From Marsupella aquatica (lineage: Eukaryota > Plantae > Marchantiophyta): a stretch of 64,000 nucleotides of DNA. The DNA lies in the NCBI GenBank assembly GCA_973895155.1, contig OZ316891.1, forward strand, positions 30,201,112 through 30,265,111. The letters are read 5' to 3'. How positions within the stretch are numbered: position 1 is the stretch's first letter; each line of letters starts with the position of its first letter. Both the position numbers and the translations under genes were made by a program. Shown in pieces: positions 1 to 14,009 of this stretch. A model generated the notes under the pieces. It was not told the DNA's origin. It made no database searches and saw nothing but the letters and a program-made list of their open reading frames with translations.

Positions 1-520
1 ATTCTCTCCTTTATTGGATCTGGATCTCCTCTCTGAGTTTCTGTTCATAGCAAAATTGCTAGATTCCCAAAACTGATGTTCCCATGGACCAAGCCTATGA
101 ACCAAGCAAACCCCCATTGGATTTTCTCATCGTTTAGACTTCACTCATTGACAACCTTCTTGTTTCAAAATGATTTCAGCAGCAGAGTTTGACCTTCAAT
201 ATCTTCTTGACATCCAACAAAATTGGCTCTTTTTGGACTAGACAAAAGTTTGAAAAAACCTCCCAATTAGTCTAATATCTCTAGTTTTCATAAAGAATTG
301 AGAACTCATGAATTTATAAACATTACGCCATCACTACAGTAGTTGTCCACATGTAAGTGCTTCCAAAAGCTTTAGAGTAGCTAACCTTACATTATGTGTC
401 AAATGGAATCTTCTTCTTTTTCGGTTTGTCAGAAATAACTTTGCGATAGACTAATATCATCAAATGTCATTGAGAATTCAGAGCTGTACAAGTTTTGAAC
501 GATGATTGTCTGCCTTTCTT

Positions 521-678
521 GTCACATTTCACCCATCAATGTAATATGTGCTATACGAGCAAACAGATTTTTGCCACATTTTACCCCTCAATTTAACATG
601 TACTATATGAGCAATTTTTTGGCCACACTTTACCACTCAATGTAATATGTACTATATGAGCAAAAACAATTTTTTGCT
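521..678. repeat. Three degenerate tandem copies of a ~51-bp unit
   Basis: The unit gccacattttacccctcaatgtaatatgtactatatgagcaa recurs three times with mismatches. Confidence 0.75.
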
Positions 679-2156
679 GCAGTCATTTGGGTTGCAAAAT
701 TTTATCGAAGTAATTTGGCAAACATGGAGCTCCATCTGGGCTGCAATTTCTAGATTTCATGGGTCTCGATCATTTGCCATTGTTTTGTGTCCCGTTAGTT
801 AGTTTGCCTCCTAGCTGCTGGCTCAGTTGCCAAAACATGATGGTTATCTTCATATCTGAGAACTTAATCTAGTAAAATTATATAAAGAATATTTTTAGCA
901 CTCTTGCCTTCACACAAGGTGACATATGAGGCATGGCAAATAAAGAAATATTCTTAGCATTTTCTCATTGACATTCGCCACCATATGTCTCTTGCCTTTG
1001 GAATGCTACGAGAGCTCTCCTATTCTTTTGCCATCTGATACATACTTCGAGGCAGGACTCATGTTTTAAGAGAGTTGCAGTCTGAGTTGCAGTCTCATCC
1101 TTAGTGCACCTTCCCCTCCAATCTTAAGGGCTCTCACTATTGATCTAAATCGAACTAAAACCAATAAGCATGGGAACAAAAGCAAAAGAGGACAAACACC
1201 AAAGAAGACAAATGCAACAAGGACAACCAAATAAGAAAAAGAAAAGAAAGGGGGAAATGGAAACATTGTCAGCAACGTACATGTAAGCGTGTGTGGACAA
1301 GGTTGCCTCGGTGAGAGTAGGAGTGGGCAAACCAATAACAATAAGAAAGTGAAAATGGAAATTGAATTTATAATTGAAGGGGTACAGTGAAAAATGAAGG
1401 ATGGGCAAGAACAAACATTAAATACAAGGTAAAGAAGAGCTATAGTACAACAGAATAAAAACATTAAGAGGGGGCCCAACAATACAAAAGATGCACCTTG
1501 TCTCGCGCATGCTGAAGTCATCATACATATCAAAAAATCTGATTATAGCAAAAGACAGAAAAATGAAGGCCAATAATAAGGGAGTCACTAGGAATGACAG
1601 TACTGAATACTGAATTTTGATCAAAATAGAAGTGTGAGAAAATCTAGCCCAGTTGGAAATGACAATAAGCATTTTACGAAGCATCGTACTTGAACTCGAC
1701 TCCTTCAACCGAGCCTTTATTAGTGCCTTCAAGACACTTGACAATGATCACGTAACAGGAGTTTCACCTTTCGATCAGTGATCAGCTTCTGAAGTACTTC
1801 AACTTGAGCGCTGATGGAAGATACTTTTTGATCTTCCAGCAACCATCTGCTCTGCTGACTAGTTCTCGAACCCCTGACAGAGCCGACTGCACCTGATTCG
1901 TGTTTTCAGTCGGCCCTGAGACTTTAAGGGTTAGTCACTCAAAGAATATGTGCCTAGTTAATGTACAGACTTCTAGTCAGGAATCTCCCCTGAAAAATTA
2001 ATTCTCGTCCCCGCACCAATACCAATGGATCTCAGCAGAGATGCAGCCAAGGTAATGATTGTTAGACTCTCATCTAAATTCCCCGGCTATAAATTGATAA
2101 CCAATAGTAGCCAGTGATGCCTTCACATCGAAGAATACCATCGTCTAGTTCCCCCT

Positions 2157-5100
2157 TCAAGGATGAGACTGGACTGCATCACGTCTACTATTCTCGGCGT
2201 TGACAGGTAACAATAACGCCAAACGAGGCATAAATCTAGCAATCCGTTGCATACGATCATCCCTAAACCTGCATCGAAACATTGAGAGGAATGAGACATG
2301 AGGCATCGTATACTGCGAACTTATCAGGCACAACGTTCCCCTATCATGGGATGAGTTAGGCCCAACCGAAATTTCTTAGTATCCTAAATAGCACAAAATC
2401 CCAGACTCTTGCTCTTCCTTCAACAGACGACGGACGGACAACATTTATATTCCAATGGTTGCTGGTTGCAAAATCCACGAAGGACTGAAAGATTGACGGA
2501 AGCAATCGATGTCCTACTCAGCCAAAAGTGCAAGTGTAACTTCACATCAAGGCATCAAGGCCAGGGACTACCTTTTGCGAACATTCTTGAAATGCTCAAC
2601 GTGGTGGTGTAACAAATTCTTCTCGGTCATTGATTCAACAGAGCTTGGCAATTTTATCTGTAAGAAAAGACAAATGTACTATGACTACTACCGCTTGCAA
2701 TAAACCAGTAGTGTTCCCGCCTAATCTTGACCAGCCTAACACAATGCCCTCTTATACACAGGTAAATTAAGTCACAGGTGAGCAGGGTACACATGGGATG
2801 GCTTTTCCATCCACAGAACTACTGCTACGGACCTAAATTTTAAATTGAATGACCTTCCACGAAGGGAAAACTAAGAAAGTTATGGGTCGTACCTGGGTAA
2901 ACCTTGCAGCTTCTTCCTTCTTGCGATTTTCGGCAAATTCGGTCTTGCTTGGTCCTGGTTCTGCTGCCGGCGACGGGCTCGGAAGAGGGGGGCAATCCCA
3001 TAACATTGACTGCATTAAAACAAAACGATATAACTGTGCAAAGTGAGAGATAACTCACTCAAGACCGACAACCCTCAACGTCCCAATTTCATTCATGATA
3101 TAGCACGTATTTCCAAGAAAAACGTCACAAGCACGTGCATTCTTCCCACTAATGAACAGCTTTGCGAGGAACGTCCCAGATTTCCCTTATGCACGATAGA
3201 TAAGTCTTGAGCCAGCTACAAACAGCTCAATGGCTGAACAGAGGTAAGATAAGTCAACCAGCTTAACTTTATCAATCATTCACGAAAACAGAGTCCTTAG
3301 CGAGTGAACTAACAGCCAGATTTACCTGATCCCTTCTCATTACATCGTTCCTCACCCAACGGCGACAAATAGCGTATAAAGAAGCTGGATCCACGTCCGA
3401 GCTTAACTTCACCTGGAAAGCCAAATGCGAAACATGTGATGAAACTTCGACTTTCGCTTCAATTAGTTACAGCTGCTGAGTCAATTAAATATGTGGCAAA
3501 CAAAGACAATTGAACACTCTTAAGGTAGGTTTAGTCCTTTTGGTTCCCGACTGCTGGGAGCCAAACGAGGACATGATTCCACTGCTGTAGTTAAATCACA
3601 GATGTAGGGCTGTGGCACTTACTTTTCTGTCGCAGACATGGACAATAACCTGAGCGTCGCCAGACCTTTCCCTGCATTGATAAAGCTTTTCGTGAGAACG
3701 TAGAATCAACCCTGACATCGCTTCATAATATTTCATGGCTTCTAAGCTCAGAGAGAACGAAAAGATTGAAGGCAACCCAATGTCTCAAATAGTAGGAAAG
3801 AGTGGCACAATGGAAGAATCATTAATGATTATTGATCAACTAAGACCCACAAAAATTTGGGTCAAATCTTATATGGAGCAGGGAAGGTACCTGGGAAGAG
3901 TGTCACCACTGCTGGATGGTACTGTTCCCGAGATGACCGGACGGACCACCGAAAAAGCCTGCATCCGGAGAGCATTGAATAAAAATGTCAATGCCGGGTC
4001 AACCAGTGTTACACAGCTCCAAACTGAATGTCCAGGAGCATAACAAATAACAGGAAATTCGGGTGAGAGCGTTCGAATGTAAGGCGAAGTGGGCAACTCA
4101 CAGAGGGATTCTTCCCCAGCGTCGATGCCCCAGCTTGAGAAGGCGGCTGCGTCTGGCGATGAGATGCAACGGACACAGAGTTCGAGGATTGATGCTGCAA
4201 AAAGGCCTGTAGCTGAGGGCCGCTCCCAGGAAGGTGCACAGCATGGGCGGAAATGTGCGGGGAGTAGGAATTGGTGGAGAAAATCCTGGTGGAAGGGGAT
4301 GAGGGTACCACTGTGCTATGTCCTATCGAACCACCAAGCTGCTGCCCTTGGTGGGTTGGCAGCTCCTTGCTTGACTGTTGCGGCAAGCTTGTGGTCCGTG
4401 AAAAATTACGCTGGGCAGGAAGTCTAGGCTGACTCTGACTAGGGAATCCTTTCTGGAAGATAGACTCGTGGGCCTCAACAAGATGGCCGGATTGCTGCCT
4501 CTTTCCTCCTTGGCCAAGCGCGAATGAAGATTGTGCGGGGACGGCCTGCACTGCATTCGGGTTCGGCCTGCCCATGCCTTGGAAGTGCACCACGCCATTG
4601 TCCAGCCCATGCTGCGAAGGCGAAGACGAACGAACAAGAGAGGGAGCATGAGGGCGATGTAATTGGGGCAAAGGCGATACTCCATACTGCGGCTGAATTG
4701 GCTGGCGTGCGGTAGCAGCAGCCAACCCGGGAATCCTGGGCATTGACTTCAACTTCACAGGCTGCTGCTGCAGCTGCAGCTGTTGAGACACAAGGTGCTT
4801 CAGAGTTGCACCCAAGTTCGCTCGAGATGAATCCCTGTGATTCTCAATCGGAGAGGCTGGCCTCTGCATTAGAGGCTTCACAGGGGATTGAATCCGCCCT
4901 CCCAACACCGTCCCAAGTTGCTCGTGCTGCTGCAGCTGCCGTGGGTGCTGCTGATGTTGATTACCATTGTGACTACGGAGCGAGAGGTTGTTTTGATGTT
5001 GGTGAACAACAAACGAGCCCAGCGCGGGTGCTACAATCTGCTGTTGTTGTTGTTCTATTTCTTGCTTTGGTGGCGGCGATGGAACGCTTATGGCGACCGC

Positions 5101-5382
5101 CAGCGACAACCTCAGCTCCAGCATAGTATCCTCGGCGTTATCAGCGTCCTTTCCGTGCTCTTCGTTTCCCCTCATCATCAACATCCCTCTCCTAGCCTTC
5201 TTCCGCCTCCCTTCCTCGTCCTCGTCTTCCTCTTCGCCATTCCTCCTCCACTCCTCTCCTCCTCTTCTTCTTCTCGAGTCCACCTCCATTCCCTCGTCCA
5301 TCCCCTCTCTTCCTCCTCTGCTGTCCCCTCTTCCCTCGAACCAATCCACCCTAACTCCCCCTCGTTCCACCATGTCTGTCAT
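2157..5382 (-). CDS. LIN37: LIN37 homologue (DREAM/MuvB complex subunit), 7 coding exons, ~599 aa
   Basis: Exons 5382-4102, 3958-3891, 3671-3623, 3412-3326, 3009-2893, 2657-2572 and 2268-2157 are all GT-AG and join in frame (1800 nt, ending TGA). The C-terminal half reads VHVCDRKVKLSSDVDPASLYAICRRWVRND...PPLPSP...VESMTEKNLLHHHVEHFKNVRKRFRDDRMQRIARFMPRLALLLP. This matches the plant LIN37 motifs DRKVR..SLYxLCRxWxRN and LLxxH..RxxRIARY..RLALLLP. The start codon is less certain. Confidence 0.88.
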
Positions 5383-6139
5383 TTAAAGGAATCCTATCTC
5401 ATCACTCCCTCCAGCGTATCGTCTTCCTCCGTCACGCATTGACCGCCCTAATTGCTCCTCTTATGACAATTCCACTCAGCCAGAAACCCATTCCTTCTCA
5501 TGTCCCCCTTCCTCAACTCCCTAATCCCCACCTCCCGCTCTTCACACACACCACATAATAATTCCATCTCGTCTTTCACCATATTTCTCGATCGAATCCA
5601 CACCTCTACCCTGGTGCTCCTCATTTCGCCTTCCTTCCGCCCACATCCTGGACACCGCTTGGCCATCCACAAAGTTTTTTAAGCTTATGCCGTCATCACA
5701 CTCTCCAGTGCCTCATCGACCTCCACCTCCAACGGTGTTCCGCTCCTTCCTTCTCCCTCGTATTCGCTTTCCCGTGTCTTTGTCTCCTACGTCCGTCCAG
5801 CTTTGCAATCCGTATCGCTCTCGTCTCGTTTCATCTGCTCACGTTGTTTCCTGCCTGCTATAGCCTACAGGTGAACCACCCCCTTCCCTCTACCTCCTCG
5901 TGCCTCCTCCTTCGAATACTTTCCCTGAGTTCCTTCTTTGAATGCTCTTCCGGTATCAGTCTCCCGTGCGCATCGCGCCCTGCAATCAAATCCGTCACCA
6001 CTCCTCTCCTGTCCTGCTCCACAACGCTACCTCCAGCCCCCTTGCCTTTTAAGTCCTCCCGCCTCTTGCTTCCAATGCTTTTCCCGTGTACGTCTGTTGT
6101 TCGCCTCGCTCCCTGCAATCCATCCCCGCTCCTTCACTC

Positions 6140-6950
6140 TCCTCTCCTCTCCCCTCCTCGTCTCTCGTCTCGTCTCGTCTCTCGTCTCGTCTCGTCTCGT
6201 CTCGTTTTGTTATTGCTTGCTGCACCACTGTCTCCAAGAGAGCCGGGAAGAAGTAGAAGCGAGGAGACCACGAGACACAAAGAAAACCAAAGCACGAGCA
6301 ACAAGACTGGAGGCACACCGAGCAAGAACGCCACAGACCGAGACTTTCAGCAAGACCCTCACAGGAAGCCGAATCGCAGAGGGACGCAGAAGGATCTCCC
6401 TCTCCTCGCTCTCGCCGTGAGCACAACAAGTGCGCACTGCGCCAGTGACAGAAGCGAAATAGACGCAACGAACGAGACGGAAGAGAGTGCGTCGAGCAAC
6501 GAGGCAGAGGACGCCAGAGCGCGAACAGAGTACGAGAGAGGGAGCGACAGAGAGAGAAACAGAGCGAGAAACAGAGCGAGAAACAGAGCGCCCGAGCGAG
6601 AGAGAGAGAGAGAGAGAGAGGAAGGAAGGAAGGAAGGGAGGAAGGGAGTGGAGGGAAAGGGGGAGAACAATTAGTTTAGTTTGAGTTTGAAAACTGGAGA
6701 ACGCAGCAGCAGAGCAGCAGCAGGAGGAGGAGCAGGAGCAGCAGCAGCAGCCGCACGCATTCGGCGAAAAAGACTGCGGCGGCAGTACTCGCAGTAGTAG
6801 TAGCAGTAGTAGTAGTACTCCGCAGTAGTGCACTAGTAGTAGTAAGACGTAAGTAGCGCATCGACGACGACGACGACGAGCATCGCAGCTCACTCTACTC
6901 TACTCTACTCTACTCTACTCTGGTATTGTCTGGTCGGGTCTAGTCTAGTC
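6140..6950. repeat. Microsatellite cluster in the putative 5' leader/promoter of LIN37
   Basis: (TCTCG)n ~6160-6204, (GA)n ~6597-6619, (GGAA)n, (CAG)n, (AGT)n ~6790-6845, (CGA)n, (CTACT)n ~6890-6920. Confidence 0.85.
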
Positions 6951-7106
6951 TATAGGGGTAGGCTGGCCTTTCCGTGGTCCACTTTTATTGATTGTTTTTC
7001 AAAGTGCACATTTTCCAGGTGCCCAATTATTACCATCGTCACCGACCCACTTACCACACTACCAGGGACCTCGGACTCAACTACTGTAGTCTACAGTGAT
7101 CCCCGG

Positions 7107-7442
7107 CAGTGTATTTTTTAAGGTTTTTAGTTTTTGGCCGGAGTGGCGAATGCTGATGGGGTGCAGGAGAAGCGTACTTTTTAAGGTTTTTAGTTTTTGG
7201 CATGAGTGGCGAATGTCAAGGGCGTGAAGGAGAAGATGCTCAATATTATTTATCTGATTATTTTCATTATTGTCAGATGTCCCTAGATTTAAGAATCACC
7301 GTTAGATTTTTGCTGGATCGTGATTAGGTGGGACACTGGCAAATGAGACAAAAACATATTAGCCAATTTTAGTCAGAAGTGGCCAAAGCTTTTTGGGGAG
7401 GTGAAATTTGCCAATTTTTTGCCCCTAAAAAAGAAAAAGCTG
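7107..7442. mobile_element. Non-autonomous hAT-like MITE
   Basis: Starts CAGTGTATTTTT and ends AAGAAAAAGCTG. Flanked by an 8-bp near-direct repeat ATCCCCGG (7099-7106) / ATCCCCGT (7443-7450). Contains an internal ~66-bp duplication (tttttaaggtttttagtttttggc..gagtggcgaatg). Confidence 0.6.
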
Positions 7443-9517
7443 ATCCCCGTGTCTGAGTGTAGGCTTCCTGGGAGACATCACTTATCCATGAAATGCACTA
7501 TACTATAAGTGCATGAGATATCATATACGTGCACAGTTTGCATTTCTAGTAAAGACATGGGAAATTGTTTCCGCACTTCCTCATTGTGTTCTCAGGTCAC
7601 ACATCTTGGACTCCTCAAACCCCATATTGCATAATTCAACTGGATACACGTATGAAATTAGTACTTGTTTGGTGCACTTATCAATTGATGGGTGTTGTGT
7701 GTTGTAGTAACTGATAAATGCATTGTCACTTATATAGACGACAATGCACTAATATATCTGCCATTTAGTGTCGCTATTTGGCTATATAGTGAGTGTAGAC
7801 TGCATTTTTGGTGCATCTACAAAGAAAATAACTATAATGTTAGAAGCCTACATAGATGGCTTGCATTTATCCATGGAATGCATTTATCCACACTGCACTT
7901 ATCCACTGTTCATTGTACTGGAGTGAACATTTTATTAGAATGTGCTCAGATGTACCACACTGTTTGACTTTGAGACTTCGATTGACTGTTAGGAGCTTCG
8001 GTTTCAGCAAAATCAACTACTGTACCTTTTTTGGATCTTTTGGATTTTGGTACTTCGAAAGACCACAATGTTTAACAAACGATTCCTATAGATTAAGCAT
8101 TTGGTCACAACAGATTGACTTAATATTCTCTTGTTTCCTAAGCCTCTAATCCTTCCCCCTCCCTTGCTCGAACCTATATTTCTATCCCTCTCTCAATGTA
8201 CATTTTCTCCTGCAAATTTGAGTATAGTGGCTATATTATTCACTATCATCACAGAAATCATTTTGGGTCATTTTGATATGTATTTTTTTTCAATAAACGT
8301 CACCCACTGGGGGAAGACAACCAGGGCAAAGGTTGATATGTATTTAATCTAGAACAGATCAATACAAATTTTCTACATCAATTTGATGTCATTTTTATGA
8401 CACTTGATCAACAATATTCACCTAAAAATATTGGATGTACAATCACATTGACATTAAAGATATATTCATCTAATTCAAAATGAAAGTCAATATCCAAAAT
8501 GGTTGTCAATTTGATATACATTTCTTATAGTAACAGACCTGAATATCAAATGGATATACAACACACTTTGGTGATCATTACCCACCCTTGAACAAAGATT
8601 CAAGTGTTTCTATCCCACTCGTACTTTTTCACTTTGTCCAGTCACAAAATTGAGCAGTTACACCAAGAAAAAGGAGTCATAAGCTAGGTTGGGATCTCCA
8701 TCCAAACCTATGAAACTTGGATGGGATCCAAAATCCTTATTTCATGAAAGGAAAGGTTTATTCTTATTTTGATATTATATGGATCTCATGACATGTCTAT
8801 AGATGATCTGAACTCCAATCTTAGCTGAGATGGAATCTCATAAAGGTGTACTATGAGGAAAAAATAATTTTGAAATAGTTCATGTGAGTCAGGTTATTCG
8901 AGTTCCAACTTAATAGAATCTTTCCCACCAAATGCTTTTACTCCATTGTACTTTATTTGGTCTTTTATAAATAAAAATGATCCTTTTTCTTCTTTAAAAA
9001 TATTTTGTAATTGTCACACCATTTAGAGTGGTATTATAGTATATCTTATTATTTAGGCATAGAGGTTTGTTTGTGTGCTATATGAGCATTTCGTATTTAG
9101 TTGGTGTTTGTGTGAAAAATAGTTATCCCCTTGTGTTGGCTTAAGGACCTCATTTTTCAATGTTGAACCTATAAGCCTGTGAGTATTTGAGCACAAGCTC
9201 TGTTGGCTATGGGGTGGCTGACCAGGTTGTGTTCTACATGTAATGTGGATTCCTTGAAGCACAAGGTGCGGTGGGCTTGACATCTGTGTACACGTGATCG
9301 CATGGGGGAAGATCATTGTTGGATTGGCATTGATCGCTGTTCAATTTTTGTTGTTGAGATTATTGTGGGTTTTGGACATGGGTTCCATTTGGACTCCATT
9401 CTCTTATGTTTGTGATGTTAGATTGTGATTATGTTTGGATGTGTGTGACAATTTATGTATATTGTGTAGCGATGTGTATGCGCACAACCTAATCAAAGTT
9501 ATAATATACACAACTTC

Positions 9518-9678
9518 TCTCTCTCATATAAATACCATTTGGTCATCAGCACCCAGTCTAATAATATTATGCCACCAAACTAACAATCTTTACGGTCTCT
9601 CTCATATAAATACCATTTGGTCATCAGCACCCAGTCTAATAATATTATGCCACCAAACTAAGAATCTTTACAGTCTCT
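9518..9678. repeat. Near-perfect 78-bp tandem duplication
   Basis: tctctctcatataaataccatttggtcatcagcacccagtctaataatattatgccaccaaactaa.aatctttac.g occurs twice. Confidence 0.9.
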
Positions 9679-12600
9679 ATCGTCTTCAAACTTCACAATT
9701 TAAGCCTATTCTAAACACATTATACACTTTCTTAAGCAAAACAATTAAAGAAATATTTTTTTTCATCTAAGCAGATCATTTTCTCTTGTAATTTTGAGTC
9801 CTTCCAAAGATACCTCTTAACCTAAGCAAATTAACGTTTTCTTAGGGTTTTGGGGGGTCTTCTATCTCCCAGGTTTTCTCCTTTCTCAGCTAAGGCATTA
9901 GACCAATGTTGTTGCCAACGAGATCTAATGAAATCCTGCTGTTATGTATTCTCTCTAGCCGAATTTTTCTTTTGAGGTGGATTGTTCTGAGGACAACAAC
10001 AGCTATGTGATGGAGGGAGGCAAAGTCAGGTCTCTTGAAATTCAGGCTATGTGATTTTGCCAAAGGTGTACTTTTAGGTCTTGGAGCTCCTGGCTATAGA
10101 GTTCAAACTGTAGTCATAGTTTTTGCGCCACTTTGACTACCCTCCCGCACTCACTTCTACCTGGAATCCAGTTTTCTCAATTGCATTAGCTTGCTCTTGT
10201 TGAGGCGTATCAAATTGATATAAAACACGTCACAAACGGTGTCTATCGACATACTTATGGTCACATATATTGGTTTTTGACATTTTTCTGCCGTTTTTCT
10301 ATGATTTTTGCCTTCCTTTCGACGGTCATATATTGGTCAATCTTTCACGTATTCTGGATTTTTCAAGTGCTTTGGATAGCTCTTCTCCGAGAGAATCAAA
10401 TTGATCCCAAGACCGATCCAATTGGTCTCATATTTCCCAGATTGGACCTTGATTAGATTTCACATTTTTCTTCAATTTCAATCATACTCTCTTTCAATTA
10501 GCTTTGGGGTCATATATAAGTTCCTCGTTCATGGAATCAGGCATTCTCATGTGATTTGGTCAGCTCTTGTCTGGGAGTGCAACATCTATCCCTACCGCGG
10601 TCCTTTTGGTGACGTATCAACCTCTTTCTGCTTCGATTACAATTCAGATTTCCTCCTCAATTTTTGGTGACGATTTCCCTTGATCAACTTTGGAGCATTC
10701 CTATATCGCCATGTTTCTCCTCCGATTGGTTGTTGCCTTTCTTCTTCAGTTCCAGTAGGGTGGCTTTTTACCAAGTGTAGTGGACCATTTTGCATTCCAC
10801 CATCTTTGGGAGCTGTAGTAGCATGCTCAAATCAGTGAACGGATATTCACTCGCACCAACTGCTCAGTGGACACATTGATGAGTGTTTCAGCTTTGTTCC
10901 CTACTGTGCCTGTAGTGCTCAACAGTTTTCTAGGCTAGCGGTGGCGTCGTTTCTCGGATTGACGCAGTGGGCTCTCTCCATAGCCTTCCCTTTCTTTTCA
11001 CATGTCTTGGTTGGGCCTTTTGTCGCTTCTTGATGCACTTTTGCTTTTATCGTGTTGCGGCCTATTATGCTATGTTGAGAGTGTTGGCGCGGGGCAAGTG
11101 CCCAGCCCTACCACACACTTCTTCCCCCTCCTCCCCCCCCCCGTTCTCGTGGTCGCCTTTGTGTTTGCTCTTCTTCATTGGATCCCTCTCATCTTTGTGA
11201 TGACCCCATGCCCAATGCTCTACCAGTCCCCACAATCTACTGCCCACCCCATTGACACCCTAGCTCCTCTCCGCACCCCATACCCCCTCCACCCCTCCAG
11301 CATCCCCCTCCGGCCTCTTCGTCCACGTCTGTTCCACCCCCACCTCCTGTCCAATTATTTCTTGCTCCCTCCCCAGACGAGCATCCCCTGCATACTTGTC
11401 CTGATTGTGGTTGGGTTGGCATCTCCCTTCCTCATCATTGCGGGCGAGGTCGGTGCCAAGATCGCCAGCAAACACAATCCCAGCCTCAGTCTCCTCTTGA
11501 CCCAATTAGCTCTGCCCCTCCTTCCTTGGAGGCTTCCGAGCAGGCATGGAGTTGGGTTCGCACTCTAGACCCCCTTCCAGCCTACCATCCAAGGTACATT
11601 AGACCTCGCCTTTATAAGGTCCATATCCCATTAGCGTTGCGCCCATTAGTTTGGTCATCCTTGTTGCACCCCATGCAACTTATCTTGGCGCATCCTATAG
11701 AGGTCTCCTATTGGTCTTTACTCATGCTTTTTCCATAGTGGACTCTTACCTTCCCTAGTCATGGTGGTCGCGTGAGTCACCGTGAGATTGCCTCTCATAT
11801 CCATTGTTTTTTGCGGGAAGATTGGGAACAACTTCAGCTAGAGTATTTTCTTCGAGCCCGTTCCTTTATTAGCCCGGGCTTTGTTTGACCCAGCTTGCCA
11901 CTCTCATCCTCCAGAGCATAGACGCCTTTGTCACTCTTGTCTTTTAGCCCAGGCTGGTGAATATTGTTATGTTATCCAGGCCCTTTCTCCAACCACACCA
12001 GCCCCCCTAGTGAGGTCACCTTGACGGCCCTTCAGGATCTCCATCCACAGCCCTATGATCAGCTCCCTTTGTTCGTGGAGGATTTTGAGCCCGAGCAGGA
12101 TCTTCAGTTTAGTAGGGACCACTTCACCTATGCCTTCCTCCATGCCCCGCATTGCGCGGCTGGTGGCCCCTCTGGCTATGTCTTTGAGCATTTTCATGAT
12201 TTATTCCTCCCCGAGGGTCCTCAGTCTGGTTTTTGAGTTTTCTTCTCCTTTTGCCAGTGTATTGTTGCCGGCCATTTGCCTCCTCCCATCTCTCGGCTTC
12301 TGAGTGCTTCTTGTTTATTGGCCATGGCTAAGTCTTCACCAGGTGTTCGGCCCATAGCTGTTGGAGAGGTTTTTCTTTGGCTTGTGTCTCGCACTTTCAT
12401 TGTAGTATCGCTCTGCACTATCAGATCTTCTCTCTCCACATCAGTTTGTAGTGGGCGTTCCTGGTAGTTGTGAGACAATTATTGCGGGTATTTGCGCTAC
12501 CTTGGACCTCCACCCTGATTGGGTTGTCCTCCAAGTTGATGTCTCTAATGCCTTTAATACGGTTTCTCGGGCAACAATTTTTTGTGCTTTGAGGGCGGCG

Positions 12601-13555
12601 GATCCAGACATCCACTCCCTTATCCCCTTTGTCCATTGTTTTTATGGACTCGAGGCCCCCCTCTTCTATAGTCATCACACCTCTATAAGAGTATATACCA
12701 CTCTTTCTTTTGGAGAAGGTACACGTCAAGGTGACCCTTTGGGTGGGCCTTTTTTTTCCATTGCCCATTTTACAGCTTTACGGGAAGCCTCCGTGGCCCA
12801 CCCCCAGTGTATCTTCCCCTCCCTTTCAGATGACACCCACATCAATCATTGGTCCACCCAGCGCTGCGGTTACTTCTGCCCTCGCCACCCTTTCCACCCA
12901 TTTGTTGGGCCTCGGTTTATGGGTTCAGCCTGTGAAGAGTCGTGCATGGAGTCCAGTTGGGTTACCCTCTGATCTTGCGCTTCTCCTTGGGTTCTTACGT
13001 CCAGCCAACAGTCTTCGAGTCTTTGGCTCCCCAGTTGGTACCGTCTCCTTTTGCTCATCTTTCATTGCTGATGCTCTATAGGCGGCCTTAGCCCCTACTC
13101 CTATGCTCCCTAAGTTAGTAAATTCTCAGGCAGCATTTGGGTTGTTGTTGAGATGCATCCACCCTCGCGCGTCCTACGGGGCGTCCTATTTGGCTTGGAC
13201 ACATCCCCCTACCGAGGATCTTTATCTACACCTTCAAGCATTTGATGTCTCCATTTGTGAGACTTTGGCCTCTCTTTTAGGGCCAGGTACTTTTCTCTCA
13301 TCTCCGTGGCTCATCGACAACTCAGTCTTCCAATTTCTTAGGGTGGGTTTGGGCTTACTTCCACTGAGCGCCTTGCACCTTTGGCCTTTTTGGGCGCATG
13401 GGCAGCCACCTTCTCATTGTTGGCAGATCGTTTCCTTATTGAGGATTGACCTTTTCTACTTTTGTCTCTCATGGAGGTAGAGGAGGGTTCCCTCCCATTT
13501 CAGGTTCATTTGCGCACAGCGCGGTCATCATTACCAGATCCTGTCCATGTTGCGT

Positions 13556-13800
13556 CTCGGGGGGGTCACTTCCATGGAAGTGGCATATCATGTGCGACGA
13601 AGTATAGGGCCATTTAAATGGTTTTGGCGGAAGACTTATTAAGTCTTCTATGGAAATATAGGGTTGTTTAATTGCAAAATGCATACGTGTCATCACATGA
13701 TTGGTGTCGTACAACTTTATAGAAAGTGACTTAGGGGGGTCATAAATGACCCAAACCGTCGCACGTGATGTATGACCCTTCATATAGTGACCCCCCCGAG
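13556..13800. mobile_element. 245-bp MITE (CTCGGG family, copy 1) nested in the CRE element
   Basis: Perfect 15-bp TIR CTCGGGGGGGTCACT / AGTGACCCCCCCGAG and perfect 8-bp TSD TGTTGCGT (13548-13555 and 13801-13808). Confidence 0.93.
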
Positions 13801-14009
13801 TGTTGCGTTACCTTCATTTCAAGAGTTTCTATCCTTGCACCCCGTCCGTCTTCAGGCAGACCTTGTTGGGCGTATGCATGCTTTCACCCTCTCCAGCATC
13901 CTCACTGAGGCACCTGACACGGACCAAGCTCAGATTCTTTCTTCCAGAGGGAAGGGTGTAGGAGGATGGCTTCAGGCCAATCCAGTCATTCCTCACCTGC
14001 GGATGTCTT

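Noticed and set aside
1066-1744. Hydrophobic minus-strand ORFs downstream of LIN37
   Set aside because: They reflect A-rich strand bias and have no motifs or splice support.
5844-6893. Long overlapping ORFs (276, 227 and 160 aa)
   Set aside because: They arise from microsatellite/low-complexity sequence lacking stops and have no recognisable domain.
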